From: Flavobacteriales bacterium
GTDB taxonomy: Bacteria; Bacteroidota; Bacteroidia; Flavobacteriales_E; Vicingaceae
DNA: 64,000 nt
NCBI GenBank assembly: GCA_002706365.1
Contig: PALM01000014.1
Coordinates: 11,220 to 75,219, forward strand
Direction of reading: 5' to 3'
The notes beneath the pieces were generated by a model, which saw nothing but the letters and a program-made list of their open reading frames with translations, did not search any database and was not told the DNA's origin. Of the stretch, positions 26,842-38,178 are shown piece by piece. A program made the translations under genes and the position numbers. Each line of letters opens with the position of its first letter. The first letter of the stretch is position 1.

Positions 26842-27720
26842 ATGAATGAGAAGATAGATCTTATGATCGTTGGTGCTCAAAAAGCCGGCACTACTTCCTT
26901 AAAAAAATATCTAGAGGAACATCCTTCAATATGCAGTCATAAAGAGACCGAATTCGCTTATTTTAGAAGTGATTCTCAATATGCCAATGGCTTTGAGAAG
27001 GAATTCAACAACTCATTTGGCAGAGATATAGCAAATGATTCCAAGATCATCGCCAAAAGCGCCGGACTATACGTCACGCCAAAGGCTATTGAGCGTTTGC
27101 ATGATCACAATCCGGATTGTAAGATCGTTTTCTTAATTAGAGAACCTGTCTCAAGAGCATATTCTTCTTACTGCATGGAGAGATTCAATGGATGGTTGGA
27201 GAATGAATTCAGCGATATTGTAAGAGTAGCAAAAAAGAAGAAGGCGGAGGATCCTCTGTACACTCAATTTGTGAATATGGGACTATACCATCTGCAGCTG
27301 AGTAATTTACTTGAGCATTTCAGTCCCGATAAGATTAGAGTATTTGTCTTTGAAGAATTCATGAAGGACCCACAGAAAATATGCTCTGAGATCTACTCTT
27401 GGCTTAATGTGGATCCCAATCATCAGCTTCAGGAAAAAGGCATCCACAATAAAACAGAGAAAGAAAGATCAAAACAATTATCAATGCTTTCGAAAAGCTT
27501 AAGGAAGCCCAATAATCCAATCAAGAGATTGCTTCGTTGGCTTCTTCCCTACAGTTGGTTTGTTTCTCTGAGCGATAAGTTCTTAGAATTGAATAAGTCG
27601 GGTAAGAAATTCGAAGCTATCTCGGAAACTGATAAGAGTGCACTAAAAGAATTCTATTCTGAGCACAATCAGAAGTTGTTTAAGATGCTCAATAGAAGCA
27701 TACCGGAGTCTTGGACTTAA
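26842..27720 (+). CDS. Sulfotransferase-domain protein (PAPS-dependent type)
   Basis: 5'-phosphosulfate loop VGAQKAGTTSL and 3'-phosphate region LIREPVSRAYSSY. Confidence 0.8.
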   Translation: MNEKIDLMIVGAQKAGTTSLKKYLEEHPSICSHKETEFAYFRSDSQYANGFEKEFNNSFGRDIANDSKIIAKSAGLYVTPKAIERLHDHNPDCKIVFLIREPVSRAYSSYCMERFNGWLENEFSDIVRVAKKKKAEDPLYTQFVNMGLYHLQLSNLLEHFSPDKIRVFVFEEFMKDPQKICSEIYSWLNVDPNHQLQEKGIHNKTEKERSKQLSMLSKSLRKPNNPIKRLLRWLLPYSWFVSLSDKFLELNKSGKKFEAISETDKSALKEFYSEHNQKLFKMLNRSIPESWT

Positions 27721-27728
27721 TCCAAAGC

Positions 27729-28742
27729 TTAGATCTTCTTCCCCATCATTCGAAGATAATTTCTCTCCAAAACATCTTCCATCCCTTTAAAGCTCTGTTC
27801 TTCCTGCTCAATGAGCAGCTCACCTTCTTCTTCTATGATCTTATAGGTAAAGACAAAGTCGCCCTTATTCTCTGAAAAGCCTTCTGTTAAACCAAATCGA
27901 AGATCGTGCATCAATAGTCCGTCTTCAACCTCCTCTATAATGAAATAGCCTTTTGTAAGAAAGATAAGCTTTTCAATATCCTTATGGTTCCTGTATGGAT
28001 TCAGTAAATGATGATTCTTATGGAATTCGTGGATCAAAAGCTCTTCATCCTTATCTAGGAAGGAATAATAGGTGATTAGAAAACGGTCATTCTGCTCAAT
28101 ATTGAACGACCAGAGTATCGTATTGAATATTCCAGGCCTACTTTGATAGGACTGCCACTCCACACCATCCTCTTTCAGTATGTTTTCGATCTTCTCATTC
28201 ACAATGAGTTTTGCAATGAGCGTCCAAAGTAAATAAAGCGAGCTAATGTATAATCCCCAGCGATTGACCTTTCTTCGCAATTTGTTTTTTCTAGCTAGAA
28301 ACAAGACCACTAGCAGACAAAGCAAGAATGGAACAGTGTATAGCGGATCAATGACAAAAATGCTATGAAGCGCTATTCTCCAATCCAAAGGCCAGAAAAG
28401 CTGAGTACCCCAGGTGGTGAAAATGTCCAATAAAGGATGCGTAAAGATTGCCCAGAAGAACAAGGATGTCCAATCCCTAAAGTTTGCTCCTTTTCCTTTA
28501 TAGAGTCGGTTTACCAAATAGCCCAAGAGCGGGGCCATGAGGATAGCAAAAATGATCGAATGACTGAATCCCCTATGGATTGCCAAACGATCAACGGTGT
28601 CCATGAACTGACCGGGAATAGTATCCAAATCGGGAATAGTACCGCCAATGGCTCCCCAGAGCACGGCCTTATTCCCTACTTTTTTACCTAGAACTGCTTC
28701 ACCAACAGCTCCGCCCAGAACAATTTGGGTTAATGAATCCAA
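27729..28742 (-). CDS. YdjM-like membrane-bound metal-dependent hydrolase (DUF457) with extra C-terminal domain
   Basis: MDSLTQIVLGGAVGEAVLGKK, GGTIPDLD and HRGFSHS motifs, TM helices, and a soluble C-terminal region of about 150 aa. Confidence 0.7.
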   Translation of the reverse strand: MDSLTQIVLGGAVGEAVLGKKVGNKAVLWGAIGGTIPDLDTIPGQFMDTVDRLAIHRGFSHSIIFAILMAPLLGYLVNRLYKGKGANFRDWTSLFFWAIFTHPLLDIFTTWGTQLFWPLDWRIALHSIFVIDPLYTVPFLLCLLVVLFLARKNKLRRKVNRWGLYISSLYLLWTLIAKLIVNEKIENILKEDGVEWQSYQSRPGIFNTILWSFNIEQNDRFLITYYSFLDKDEELLIHEFHKNHHLLNPYRNHKDIEKLIFLTKGYFIIEEVEDGLLMHDLRFGLTEGFSENKGDFVFTYKIIEEEGELLIEQEEQSFKGMEDVLERNYLRMMGKKI

Positions 28743-28758
28743 TCAGTTGAACAATAGA

Positions 28759-29166
28759 TTAGAACGGAAGATCATCTTCTTCCTCTGCTCCATCAAAATC
28801 GTTAGCATTGAAAGAAGTTGGAGCCGGTTCTTGCGACGGTGGTGGAACAGATCCTTGAGATGGTGCACCTGCAGCAGATTTCGCTTCTACTCTCCATGCA
28901 TCTAGATTGGTAAAGTAGTTTACTCTTCCGTCTTTCTCCCATTTTCTACCTTTTAGGTTAAAGCTAACCTTTACATCAGAATTGACCGGCAAATCGTCGA
29001 TCAAGGCAGTTTTATCTTGAATCAATTGAAACTTGATCTGCTCGGTGAATACTCTACCACCGCCTTCTTCAGTAGTTTCAACTACAAATTCTCTTTTCTT
29101 GAATGAATCACTTACTTGTTGAACATCAAATTTCTCTATCAATTTTCCTTCTAGTTCAAAACTCAT
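28759..29166 (-). CDS. DUF3127-like protein with SSB-like architecture (OB-like core, P/S/G linker, acidic DDLPF tip)
   Basis: N-terminus MSFELEGKLIEKFDVQQVSDSFKKREFVV as I recall for DUF3127. Linker AAGAPSQGSVPPPSQEPAPTS. C-terminus AEEEDDLPF. Confidence 0.6.
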   Translation of the reverse strand: MSFELEGKLIEKFDVQQVSDSFKKREFVVETTEEGGGRVFTEQIKFQLIQDKTALIDDLPVNSDVKVSFNLKGRKWEKDGRVNYFTNLDAWRVEAKSAAGAPSQGSVPPPSQEPAPTSFNANDFDGAEEEDDLPF

Positions 29167-29197
29167 TTTTCTATCTCCTTATTTATCAGATTAATAA

Positions 29198-29632
29198 TTA
29201 GTCTTCGATGATCTTGATCTCTTTGATCTTGTCACCAACTTGTATTTGGTCGATCACGTCTAATCCTTCCACTACCTTTCCAAAACAAGTATGATTGCGG
29301 TCTAGGTGTGAAGTATTGTCGCGACTGTGGCAAATGAAAAACTGCGATCCACCGGTATTTCTACCTGCATGAGCCATAGATAGCACACCCCTGTCGTGAT
29401 ATTGATTGTCGCCATCCAATTCACAATCGATGCTGTATCCCGGTCCGCCTGCTCCTGTTCCATCTGGACAACCACCTTGAATTACAAAGTTGTCGATTAC
29501 CCTATGGAATTTCAACCCATCGTAAAATCCATCTTTCGATAGTTTTACAAAGTTATCAACGGTTTTAGGGGCATCATTCTCGTAGAATTCAATGGTCATA
29601 TCCCCTTTTTCGGTGCTCATGATCGCTTTCAT
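29198..29632 (-). CDS. Peptidyl-prolyl cis-trans isomerase, cyclophilin type
   Basis: Motifs FHRVIDNFVIQGG, SMAHAGRNTGGSQFFI and FGKVVEG. Confidence 0.95.
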   Translation of the reverse strand: MKAIMSTEKGDMTIEFYENDAPKTVDNFVKLSKDGFYDGLKFHRVIDNFVIQGGCPDGTGAGGPGYSIDCELDGDNQYHDRGVLSMAHAGRNTGGSQFFICHSRDNTSHLDRNHTCFGKVVEGLDVIDQIQVGDKIKEIKIIED

Positions 29633-29665
29633 CTGCTCTTATTTAAATTTAAGCAAAAGTAGGCT

Positions 29666-30244
29666 TTAGAGTTGATTTAAGAAGAGGATTAATTGATGAA
29701 CTGCCTTACCTCTATGTCCTATTCTGGCTTTTTCAGCTAGATCCATTTCTGCAAAACTCAAATCATAGCCTCTAGGTTTGAAAATAGGGTCGTAACCAAA
29801 TCCTTTCTCCCCTCTTTTTTCTTTGAGGATCTCTCCTTCACAAACTCCTTCGAAAAGATATTCCTTGCCGTCGATAATCAGTGCAATTGCAGTGCGAAAT
29901 TGAGCGCTGCGATCAAGAACACCTTCCATTTCTGCCAAGAGTTTATCCATATTGGCATTGGCATCTTTTGTATCGCCGGCGTAACGAGCAGAGTAAACTC
30001 CAGGGGCGCCATTCAATGCATTAACCTCAAGACCCGTATCATCAGCAAAGCAGTTATAACCGAGTTTCTGAATTACAAACTGGGCTTTTTGAAGGGCATT
30101 TCCCTCAAGGGTATTCTGATCTTCTGCTAACTCCTGAGTATGACCAATATCATTGAGTGAAAGGATCTGAAGATTATCTCCAAGCTGAGCTCTAATTTCC
30201 CTAACCTTGTTTTCATTCTGACTGGCAAATACAATCTGTTGCAT
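29666..30244 (-). CDS. rdgB: RdgB/HAM1-family non-canonical purine NTP pyrophosphatase
   Basis: [20 protein letters not shown] and GFGYDPIF motifs, 192 aa. Confidence 0.9.
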   Translation of the reverse strand: MQQIVFASQNENKVREIRAQLGDNLQILSLNDIGHTQELAEDQNTLEGNALQKAQFVIQKLGYNCFADDTGLEVNALNGAPGVYSARYAGDTKDANANMDKLLAEMEGVLDRSAQFRTAIALIIDGKEYLFEGVCEGEILKEKRGEKGFGYDPIFKPRGYDLSFAEMDLAEKARIGHRGKAVHQLILFLNQL

Positions 30245-30245
30245 A

Positions 30246-33200
30246 CTACTGTTTGATCAGTTTAACATCATTATTATTTCCATCGATCACGAAACGCAGG
30301 AAGTATACTCCGGCATTCAAACTTTCTGTTGCAATAGTCAAATTGTGGAAGCCTTCATCGTAAAATCCATCCTTTACAATTGTTCGCACTTCCCTACCGG
30401 TAGCATCGTGAATGGATACATCAATTTGATTGGATTCCAGAAGCACAAAGTCGATTTGAAGACGATCAGCTATTGGATTAGGGTATGCTTTTAGGAATAG
30501 TTTATCCGGAAATGCGGAAAGGCAAAAACGATTATTCTCCTTTCTTTCATCTTCAACTCCATTCACAGTCTCTATCTCTAAGCAGACATAGGAGGTTTTT
30601 GATTCATCATCAATGAGTACGGCATTCAAGAGTCTAGTCACGGACTGACCGCGATATAGATTCACATTCACATTCTCTGCTAAGCCCGAATTTCCATCTG
30701 GAAGTACACTTAATAAGACCTCATCGATCTGATTGTTACCCGTATTGGCCAATCGCACGCGAATTCGATAATCATTGGCTAAGCCTGGAATGATCTGAGC
30801 ATCTAGAATTGAAGCATCCAACAATTGCTGAAAAACCAATAATTCTTGTGAAATAGTATCTCTGCAATTCGCATCAGAAATGGCGATCAATGTCAATTGA
30901 TAAGAGCCGGTATCCTGATATACAAATGCAGGTTCAGAAAGATTTGAAGACTGTCCATCACTAGAACTCCATTCGTAAGTGCTAGCTAGTTGGGAATTAT
31001 TGATTACATCAAGCGTCATAGGCGCTCCTGAAGTATTATTCAATATCTGAAAACTAGCTGTTGGATTGGGGTTCAATCTCACTAATCGGCTCGTGCTATC
31101 AATGCAACCATTCAAAGATTCCACCTTCAGACTTAGTTGATAATTCCCTAATATTGGAAGATCGAACACTGGGTCAGGAACTGTTGAGTTTTGGTTTGTT
31201 TGTCCGTTCGATAAACTATATGAATAGCTTACAATCGTATCACCTTGGCCCTGACTATCATCTATTACTCTCAAACTATCTCCCTCACAAGGATCATTGG
31301 CGATGAATTGGGCAATAGGAGAGTTGAAAATGTCTATGGTATCTCTTAGAATATCGATACAAGCACTATCGCTCTCTGTGCGCAAAGTGATCTCCTTTGC
31401 CCCACTTGTGAGGAAGAATATGTTGGCTATTGAGTCTTCCACTACCTGTTGATTTACAAACCAGCTATACCTGCTGATGATTCCATTATCAATTTGAGCG
31501 GTACTAATGAACTTGGATGAGTCGCCCAAGCATGTTCCAATTAGGTCAAATGAGCCTGCCGGTGTAGCATTGATAAATAGACTTCTTGAAGTTGAATCGA
31601 CACAATTCTGATCAGAGCTCACAATCAAAGTCACATTATAAGCACCAAAACTGGAGTAAGGCCTAATCGGGTTCTGTTGCAAACTCTGACCTCCATCGCC
31701 AAAGTCCCATTTAAACGACTGCAAACTACCTTTGCTAATACTACTGTTGGAAGTAAACTGTATTGGCCTGTTGGAACAATTCCCGCTAATGTCAAATTCA
31801 ACATCAGGCAGAGGTTTTATATCTACAAACTGAATAGAAGTATCCTCACAGCCTTTATCGGTAGTGACTTTAAGACTAACCGCATAAAGCCCGGTGTCGG
31901 GAAAGCTATAGAATGGATTTTGATTGGTGTCGGTAGATAGGGTTGCAAAATCCCAAAGAAAATCCACTATGGTATCTCCAATTGGGGCTTGAGACCCATC
32001 AATGAAGCTTACTGTGTCTCCTAAACACAACTGACTGAATGAAAATGAAGTCGTAGGAGCAAGTCCTTGTATGCTGATACTAATCGTATCAGAAATGACA
32101 CATAAAGCATCTGAAGCTGTAAGGGTATATGCTCCTGCTGTATCTACCACTTGATTGGGATTTGTGTTTCCCGTTCCCCAGAGGTATGACTGAATGCCAG
32201 TGGTATTGCCTTGAAGGCCAATTGAGTTACCTTCGCATAGACTGGTATCGGCGCCAAGCGAAAGACCAAATAGGTTAGAATCAACGGTAATCAGTATAGA
32301 ATCTGTATAGCTGCAATTGAACTCATCTAGCACTGTCAAGCTATATATGTCAGTTGAATCGGCTAGATAAAAGCTGGCAGTATCACCATCCGACCACAAA
32401 TAAGTCGCATTGAAAAAAAGAGAATCGGGCTCGATGCGATAAGGCTGATTAAAACAGATAGTAGTATCAGCTCCAAGGCTAAATAGCGGTTGATTCACAT
32501 TAACAGTAAAGCTGTCGACAGAGCTAGAAAGCGCGCAATTAGTGACAGTCACTTTATAGAGACCGGCCGAGTCAATCGTTAGAGAGTTTGATGTAGCTCC
32601 GGTATTCCATTGATAAGTAAAGCGTTCTGGACCTACTGTAATTGCAATACTCTCCCCTGCACAAAGAGTGGTATCATTAAAGTCAATTGATACTGGATTA
32701 TTGCTCATGTCGAGAAGATACCTAATGGTATCAGTAGTAAGTCTTCCAAACTCATCAATAGCATCTAGATAATAGACACCCGCAGAATCTATGATCGTCG
32801 TGGAAGTAGTATCACCATTACTCCAGGAATAGGAACGCAAATAATCTTTGAAGGCATCAATGGTATCTGGAAATGCACAAAGCACACGATCAGCTCCAAG
32901 ACTAATTGGTGGCGCATACTTATCCATGAGGTAAGAATCGATCAGTCTTCTATTAGAATCAGCCACTACACCACTCACGATGATGAATTCAGCTATATCT
33001 CCATTGAGCCTGTTGCCAAGAGTTAAAGATGTACCAGGTCTGCGATTGCCAACTGCTTGACCAATAAAATTATCATTCACATAATTCTTTAAAGTATCAT
33101 TGGAAACATTCAAAGTATGATTGAGGAATCTTGCAGAATCCAATGGATACCCTGGAGTGAACACACCGGCAAATGCTCGGTGCAGACCAAAATAAGGACC

Positions 33201-33836
33201 GAAGAACCAATTATTACTACCTTCTAACATCCTCATTCCACCAAAGGATGTCTCATAGCAATTGTAAACTGAGCTTATTAGAAAACTAGGTCGCTCTAGA
33301 TCTATTGGGAAGCTGAATCTGTCATTCACTAGATCGAAATAGAGACTAGGCAGAGCATTTAGCATTGAGTCTCTGTATATAGGTTGAAAATTGTTGTTGG
33401 ACTGGATCAATTGAATTGCTGAATCACTCTTATTTATCCATTCTACTACTCGATCATTCACTCCTAGTACTACTGAATCCGCACTTATCCAGATACTTAA
33501 GTTATCGATATCTCTGGGAGAAAAGACTCTAATTGGAATACGCTTAGATGAGTCGATCAAGTTATTTTGCTGAACCAGATATGCTTTGATGCCATAAATA
33601 CCAGATTGCAGATCTACTTGAACTGTGGCTGTCTGGAAAGTTGAATCCAGCATTAAGATCCCTGCAGAATCTACAAGCAGTCTATAATTAGCATTTTGAA
33701 CTTCAGTTTCAGAAACCCACACATTGAACCTTTGTCCAACTATCTGAGCAGCTTTTGGTTGAAGGATTTCAAATTCCTGAGCAATTGCAGATGTGTTGCT
33801 TAACACAATGAAAAATAGAAGGATGCGATTCACCAC
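30246..33836 (-). CDS. 1196-aa secreted multidomain protein with T9SS type A C-terminal sorting domain
   Basis: Signal peptide. A LamG-like region (about residues 110-310). Four modules of the type SLGAD..C...Y.W..G.T. About six PKD-like repeats (WDFGDGG, VSLKV). A CARDB-like region. C-terminus [13 protein letters not shown]...[11 protein letters not shown]...VKLIKQ, typical of the type A sorting domain. GTG start. Confidence 0.85.
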   Translation of the reverse strand: MVNRILLFFIVLSNTSAIAQEFEILQPKAAQIVGQRFNVWVSETEVQNANYRLLVDSAGILMLDSTFQTATVQVDLQSGIYGIKAYLVQQNNLIDSSKRIPIRVFSPRDIDNLSIWISADSVVLGVNDRVVEWINKSDSAIQLIQSNNNFQPIYRDSMLNALPSLYFDLVNDRFSFPIDLERPSFLISSVYNCYETSFGGMRMLEGSNNWFFGPYFGLHRAFAGVFTPGYPLDSARFLNHTLNVSNDTLKNYVNDNFIGQAVGNRRPGTSLTLGNRLNGDIAEFIIVSGVVADSNRRLIDSYLMDKYAPPISLGADRVLCAFPDTIDAFKDYLRSYSWSNGDTTSTTIIDSAGVYYLDAIDEFGRLTTDTIRYLLDMSNNPVSIDFNDTTLCAGESIAITVGPERFTYQWNTGATSNSLTIDSAGLYKVTVTNCALSSSVDSFTVNVNQPLFSLGADTTICFNQPYRIEPDSLFFNATYLWSDGDTASFYLADSTDIYSLTVLDEFNCSYTDSILITVDSNLFGLSLGADTSLCEGNSIGLQGNTTGIQSYLWGTGNTNPNQVVDTAGAYTLTASDALCVISDTISISIQGLAPTTSFSFSQLCLGDTVSFIDGSQAPIGDTIVDFLWDFATLSTDTNQNPFYSFPDTGLYAVSLKVTTDKGCEDTSIQFVDIKPLPDVEFDISGNCSNRPIQFTSNSSISKGSLQSFKWDFGDGGQSLQQNPIRPYSSFGAYNVTLIVSSDQNCVDSTSRSLFINATPAGSFDLIGTCLGDSSKFISTAQIDNGIISRYSWFVNQQVVEDSIANIFFLTSGAKEITLRTESDSACIDILRDTIDIFNSPIAQFIANDPCEGDSLRVIDDSQGQGDTIVSYSYSLSNGQTNQNSTVPDPVFDLPILGNYQLSLKVESLNGCIDSTSRLVRLNPNPTASFQILNNTSGAPMTLDVINNSQLASTYEWSSSDGQSSNLSEPAFVYQDTGSYQLTLIAISDANCRDTISQELLVFQQLLDASILDAQIIPGLANDYRIRVRLANTGNNQIDEVLLSVLPDGNSGLAENVNVNLYRGQSVTRLLNAVLIDDESKTSYVCLEIETVNGVEDERKENNRFCLSAFPDKLFLKAYPNPIADRLQIDFVLLESNQIDVSIHDATGREVRTIVKDGFYDEGFHNLTIATESLNAGVYFLRFVIDGNNNDVKLIKQ

Positions 33837-33840
33837 ATTA

Positions 33841-33848
33841 CAAATATA
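33841..33848 (-). promoter_or_regulatory. Candidate -7 box (TATATTTG on minus strand)
   Basis: TAnnTTTG match 4 nt upstream of the GTG at 33836. Confidence 0.3.
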
Positions 33849-33912
33849 CTCATGTGCATATGCAGTTTAGGAAGGTAAAGATGACTTATCTTTCACCAAA
33901 ATTTCAACAACA

Positions 33913-35250
33913 ATGATTCCCCACATTGGGCCTCTAGATATACTGATCAGTTCGTTCTACATTTTACTGATCATCTTTATCAGCTTAGTCTACAGACGAA
34001 ACCTAGGACCAACTGTAAAGAGTTATCTATTGCCTTTTATAGCCTATAGAATAATCTGTTCCATTGCATTTGTTGCTATTCATGCTCTCTATTTTAAAGG
34101 TGGCGACACCTTTGTTTACTTCGATCTAGGTGATTTCTACGCGGATCAAATAAGATTGAATCCGGTGAATGTCTTGGGTATTTATGCTTCAGACTTTGAA
34201 ACCTTGCGCAATATAAAGATGAGCTCGAGCTATTATTCCATCTTCTATTTAAAAGCGCCAGATGCCATGCTAATGGGGAAGATCATTGGAATTATCAATG
34301 TCTTCACAGGCAGTCAGTTCATGTCTAGCACCATCATATTCTCAATGATCTGTTCCATTGGCTTATGGCAGATCTTTCAAACTGTGAGCGAGATCTATCC
34401 CTCTTTGAGGAAGTATTTTGCAATAGGAATACTCTATTATCCAACCATTGCAATTTGGTCATCTGGAATGTTAAAGGATCCATTGGCGATGTTGGCAGTT
34501 GGACTGATCTTCAGATCAACCTACATGCTGTTTAAGAAGAAGAGGGTCTTATTCTCAATTATTACAATATTGATCTCAATTCTTCTTTGTCAGGCATTAA
34601 AACCCTATATACTCTATATTTTCATTCCTACTATGCTCTTGTGGATCTACGGTATGTTGGCCAAAAGCATAAAAAGAAACTTTATTAAGAGCTTAATCTT
34701 GCCCATTATCATTTTGAGTTTTGTGACAGGCGGGTATTTCCTTTTTGACAAGATTTCAGCCGGAGCGGGAAAATATTCACTGGATAACATAGAAGATGTG
34801 GCAAAAGGCTTCCACAATTGGCATAAATACCTGGCAGAAACCAGAAATCAATCTGGATATACTTTAGGAGAAGTTGAATTCACACCGATCGGAATCTTGA
34901 GCAAAGCTCCTGCGGCAATCTTTGTCACTTATTTTAGGCCTATCCCCTTTGTAGATACCAGGAATGCTTCCACATTCTTCGAATCCATTCAATCTTTTGT
35001 ACTCCTGATCATAAGTATTTGGGTACTATTCAAAGCAGGTGTTTTAAGGACATTCCGACTAATAATTTCAAATGTACATGTGAGGGCCTTTATCATTTTT
35101 GCCATTTTCTTCGGCTTTGCAGTAGGCTTCACCTCATATAATTTTGGAGCACTTTCTAGATACAAAATACCGGCATTACCCTTTTATGTGGTATCTCTGG
35201 CCATTATCTACTATGAGGCTAGAAAAAAAAGGAAGTTAAAACAGGCTTAA
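33913..35250 (+). CDS. Polytopic membrane protein, candidate Wzy-like polymerase or other glycan-locus membrane protein
   Basis: 445 aa with about 11-12 hydrophobic helices and one larger loop (residues about 285-330). I recognise no family motif. Context is next to GT2/GT4/FkbM/Wzx genes. Confidence 0.4.
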   Translation: MIPHIGPLDILISSFYILLIIFISLVYRRNLGPTVKSYLLPFIAYRIICSIAFVAIHALYFKGGDTFVYFDLGDFYADQIRLNPVNVLGIYASDFETLRNIKMSSSYYSIFYLKAPDAMLMGKIIGIINVFTGSQFMSSTIIFSMICSIGLWQIFQTVSEIYPSLRKYFAIGILYYPTIAIWSSGMLKDPLAMLAVGLIFRSTYMLFKKKRVLFSIITILISILLCQALKPYILYIFIPTMLLWIYGMLAKSIKRNFIKSLILPIIILSFVTGGYFLFDKISAGAGKYSLDNIEDVAKGFHNWHKYLAETRNQSGYTLGEVEFTPIGILSKAPAAIFVTYFRPIPFVDTRNASTFFESIQSFVLLIISIWVLFKAGVLRTFRLIISNVHVRAFIIFAIFFGFAVGFTSYNFGALSRYKIPALPFYVVSLAIIYYEARKKRKLKQA

Positions 35251-35261
35251 TCCAATTAAAT

Positions 35262-36161
35262 CTAGAAATAAGCCAATTGTAGATTTCTCAAAAAGTAAGG
35301 GTTAAATAGCATTATGGGGCGTCTTTTCATCGACTTGAGAAGATATCTCCTGGCTTCTTTCTTACTTCCTGATTGATTGGCACTAATGGCCGTAAAGAGA
35401 TCGGCAAAGGCTCTCATTTGCTTTTCATAGGGACCAAAGACCTTTTTTACCTCTGGCATCTCCATTAGTCGATCAATGATGTATTTCTTTCTTTCTGCAA
35501 CAGCTTCAACTTCATAGTTGGAAATAGAACGTGCATCATGACTTCTAATGCCACAATTCACTTTGGGAATTACACCCAATGGGTATTGCGACATGATCCG
35601 AATCCAATACTCCCAATCTTCAGATCCAAGTACCTTCTCATCTTCACTGAAATTGAATTGAGTGTAAACACTTCTCGATAAGAAAACCCCAATACACGAT
35701 AGGAAATTACCTCTAGCTAATCGTTTGATATGCTGAGATTCTTTTGGAAAGTGGTACTTATACAAGCACTTCCTATCGCTATCAACCAATTCATAATGAT
35801 TGTGAAAGAAATCGGTATGCACTCCCTTCTTTATGAATACTGCTGCATCACTTAGTGTATTGGGATACATAAAATCATCAGAATCTAGAAGGGTAAGATA
35901 ATCGCCTTTGGCATTCTCCATGCCTACATTCCTTGATCTCGATCTTTCGAAATTCTCAGCATTCACGATCAAGCTGATCTTGTCTGATTGGAGATAAGGC
36001 TCAAGAACCTCTAAGGTATTATCAGTGGACTTATTATCTACAATGATGATCTCATAATGCTTGTAAGACTGATGCAGCACTGAATCGAGAGTCTCAGAGA
36101 TAAGATCTGCCCTGTTATAGGTGGGGATGACAATTGAAAAAAAAGGATCAGTCTTCATCAC
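35262..36161 (-). CDS. Family 2 glycosyltransferase
   Basis: FSIVIPTYNRADLI and LDSDD motifs. Confidence 0.85.
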   Translation of the reverse strand: MMKTDPFFSIVIPTYNRADLISETLDSVLHQSYKHYEIIIVDNKSTDNTLEVLEPYLQSDKISLIVNAENFERSRSRNVGMENAKGDYLTLLDSDDFMYPNTLSDAAVFIKKGVHTDFFHNHYELVDSDRKCLYKYHFPKESQHIKRLARGNFLSCIGVFLSRSVYTQFNFSEDEKVLGSEDWEYWIRIMSQYPLGVIPKVNCGIRSHDARSISNYEVEAVAERKKYIIDRLMEMPEVKKVFGPYEKQMRAFADLFTAISANQSGSKKEARRYLLKSMKRRPIMLFNPYFLRNLQLAYF

Positions 36162-37278
36162 TTTGCAAGTATAGCGCTTCGAGTCTGTTTATGAATTTTT
36201 GCAAATTATAATCTTTCACAGAAGCTGCAGCATTAGAAGTCAAGCGACTCTTCAGCTCATTGTCTTTATGCAGCCTATTTAAAGCTTGATAGATCGCATC
36301 AGCATTTTGATAAGGGACTACTAGCGCATTATATCCATCAATCACAAACTCATGCGCAATTCCCGAAAGAGTAAAAATACTAGCTCTTGATGATGCAAGC
36401 GACTCTACATAAGTTTGCCCGAATGCCTCTATTTCAGGATCTATAGGCACATGCACATACACATCAAAAAGCTGATAGATGGCAAAAAGATCATTTTCAA
36501 AAGCTACCTCTGTATACTCATCTTGATTTAGTTCTTTAAGCAGTTCATGGAGTTCCTTTTTATAAGGGCCATGAGCATTGAAAAGACATAAATGAGCATT
36601 AGGTACTTCCTTTTTAAACTTTATAAATGCTTTAATGAGGTATTGAATTCCCTTTAAACTGAAATATCTACCAATACTTCCTACAACAAAAGCATCTTCC
36701 GAGATATGATATTTCTTTCGCAATAGTTCAACTCTATCATTTGGAACATTTGCAAATTCCTCTAGATCAAAACCATGGGGGATCATTTCAACTTTTGAAG
36801 GGTCTACCTTTTCCCTTTCAAGAAGGACTCTCTTCACATTCGGACTAATAGCAATGATCTTTGTCGACAAGCGATTGATGATCTTATCGTAAAGCACTGC
36901 TCTAGGATGATACTGATGATGGAATGTTGAATGATGCCTTGTTGATATTCTGTACCTAACTCCAGCCAACTTTGCAGCTAATAAGCCAAGAAGTGAAGCC
37001 TCTACCAAATGAGTATGGACTACATCAGGACTAAAGGTCTTTATGGTATTATAAAGCTTATAGATCAGAGATGGCCAACTTAATTTACCCCCTAGTGAAA
37101 AAGACTTGTATGGGATTCCACTTACTTTCAGATAATCAGCAAACCCAGTCTCTTCCGACTTTCCCAAAATCAGGAAACTGATCTTGAATCCTTTCTTACT
37201 GAGCTCATCAGCTATCCATTCAAAAGCAATAGCCTTTGAGACATTTGAAACGATGTATAGGATGTGCTTACTTTCCAA
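36148..37278 (-). CDS. Family 4 (GT-B) glycosyltransferase
   Basis: GT-B layout with a C-terminal EAFGQTYVESLAS (EX7E-like) region. Confidence 0.8.
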   Translation of the reverse strand: MESKHILYIVSNVSKAIAFEWIADELSKKGFKISFLILGKSEETGFADYLKVSGIPYKSFSLGGKLSWPSLIYKLYNTIKTFSPDVVHTHLVEASLLGLLAAKLAGVRYRISTRHHSTFHHQYHPRAVLYDKIINRLSTKIIAISPNVKRVLLEREKVDPSKVEMIPHGFDLEEFANVPNDRVELLRKKYHISEDAFVVGSIGRYFSLKGIQYLIKAFIKFKKEVPNAHLCLFNAHGPYKKELHELLKELNQDEYTEVAFENDLFAIYQLFDVYVHVPIDPEIEAFGQTYVESLASSRASIFTLSGIAHEFVIDGYNALVVPYQNADAIYQALNRLHKDNELKSRLTSNAAASVKDYNLQKFINRLEALYLQSDED

Positions 37279-37290
37279 TGAGTAATTCTA

Positions 37291-38163
37291 TTATTCCACT
37301 ATGATATCGAAATGAAGTCCGGTAAAATCATCCTCAGCCGAAACCCTTTCATTGGTTTCTGCATTGCGAATCTTATCATATCCAAGCTCATTTAAATATG
37401 AAATTAGACCTTTTGCAGTATCACCCACTTCACTCAAGTTTTGATCATCTAATTCAATAAATAGAGTTGGATGAAAGTTCTTCAAAGTCTGTTTTGCACC
37501 TTGAATCACCTTGAGTTCAAAACCCTCTACATCGATCTTTATTAGATCTAGCTTAGTCCATCTAAACTCTTCTACAAGATTGTCTAATTTTCTTATAGGA
37601 ACCATCTCCCCTTTGGCTTCAATATCCGTAGATATCCGATTCCCTCCCCTATTACTTTCTGTATCTACTTTAAGTTTCAATTGAGCTTCTTCAGCGCCCA
37701 AACCAAATTTGTAGACTTCTAGATTGTTGAAGCTGTTGAGGGAGATATTCTTCTCACATGCTTTGAAGTTGAAGCTATCCGGCTCAAAGCCGATGACCTT
37801 CCCACTGGGTCCTACTTTATCAGCGAAACGCAATAAGGTTGAGCCTATATTGGTGCCCACATCCAGCACATGCATACCTTCCTTTGCTAGGGATAAAAGT
37901 TTGTCTTGACCGATATCCTTAAATCCGAAATAAAGATAGTGACCAATATAATCGCTGATATCCACAAACAGCTTGATTCCGAAATAATCGAATTCTCTTA
38001 CACTCCCTTCACTATATTGATAATTATTAGGCACCATTTTGCCAAATAAGGAATTGGGCGACTTTCCAGATACCGCTGATCTGATCATGCTTTCCAATGG
38101 GCCAAGCTTAAAGATTGCTCTAAAGCTGTTGAGTAGTTTGGTTTTTATGCTTAGTGTTCTCAA
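37291..38163 (-). CDS. FkbM-family methyltransferase
   Basis: VLDVGTNIGS SAM motif, FEPDSFNF and IKIDVEGFELKV, typical of FkbM-type enzymes. Confidence 0.8.
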   Translation of the reverse strand: MRTLSIKTKLLNSFRAIFKLGPLESMIRSAVSGKSPNSLFGKMVPNNYQYSEGSVREFDYFGIKLFVDISDYIGHYLYFGFKDIGQDKLLSLAKEGMHVLDVGTNIGSTLLRFADKVGPSGKVIGFEPDSFNFKACEKNISLNSFNNLEVYKFGLGAEEAQLKLKVDTESNRGGNRISTDIEAKGEMVPIRKLDNLVEEFRWTKLDLIKIDVEGFELKVIQGAKQTLKNFHPTLFIELDDQNLSEVGDTAKGLISYLNELGYDKIRNAETNERVSAEDDFTGLHFDIIVE

Positions 38164-38178
38164 GACTTAAATAAGTGT

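Noticed and set aside
35246-35266. Weak hairpin GGCTTAAT...AATAAGCC between convergent genes 33913..35250 and 35262..36161
   Set aside because: It has only 6-7 pairs with a mismatch, an AT-rich stem and no U-tract. This is not enough to call a terminator.
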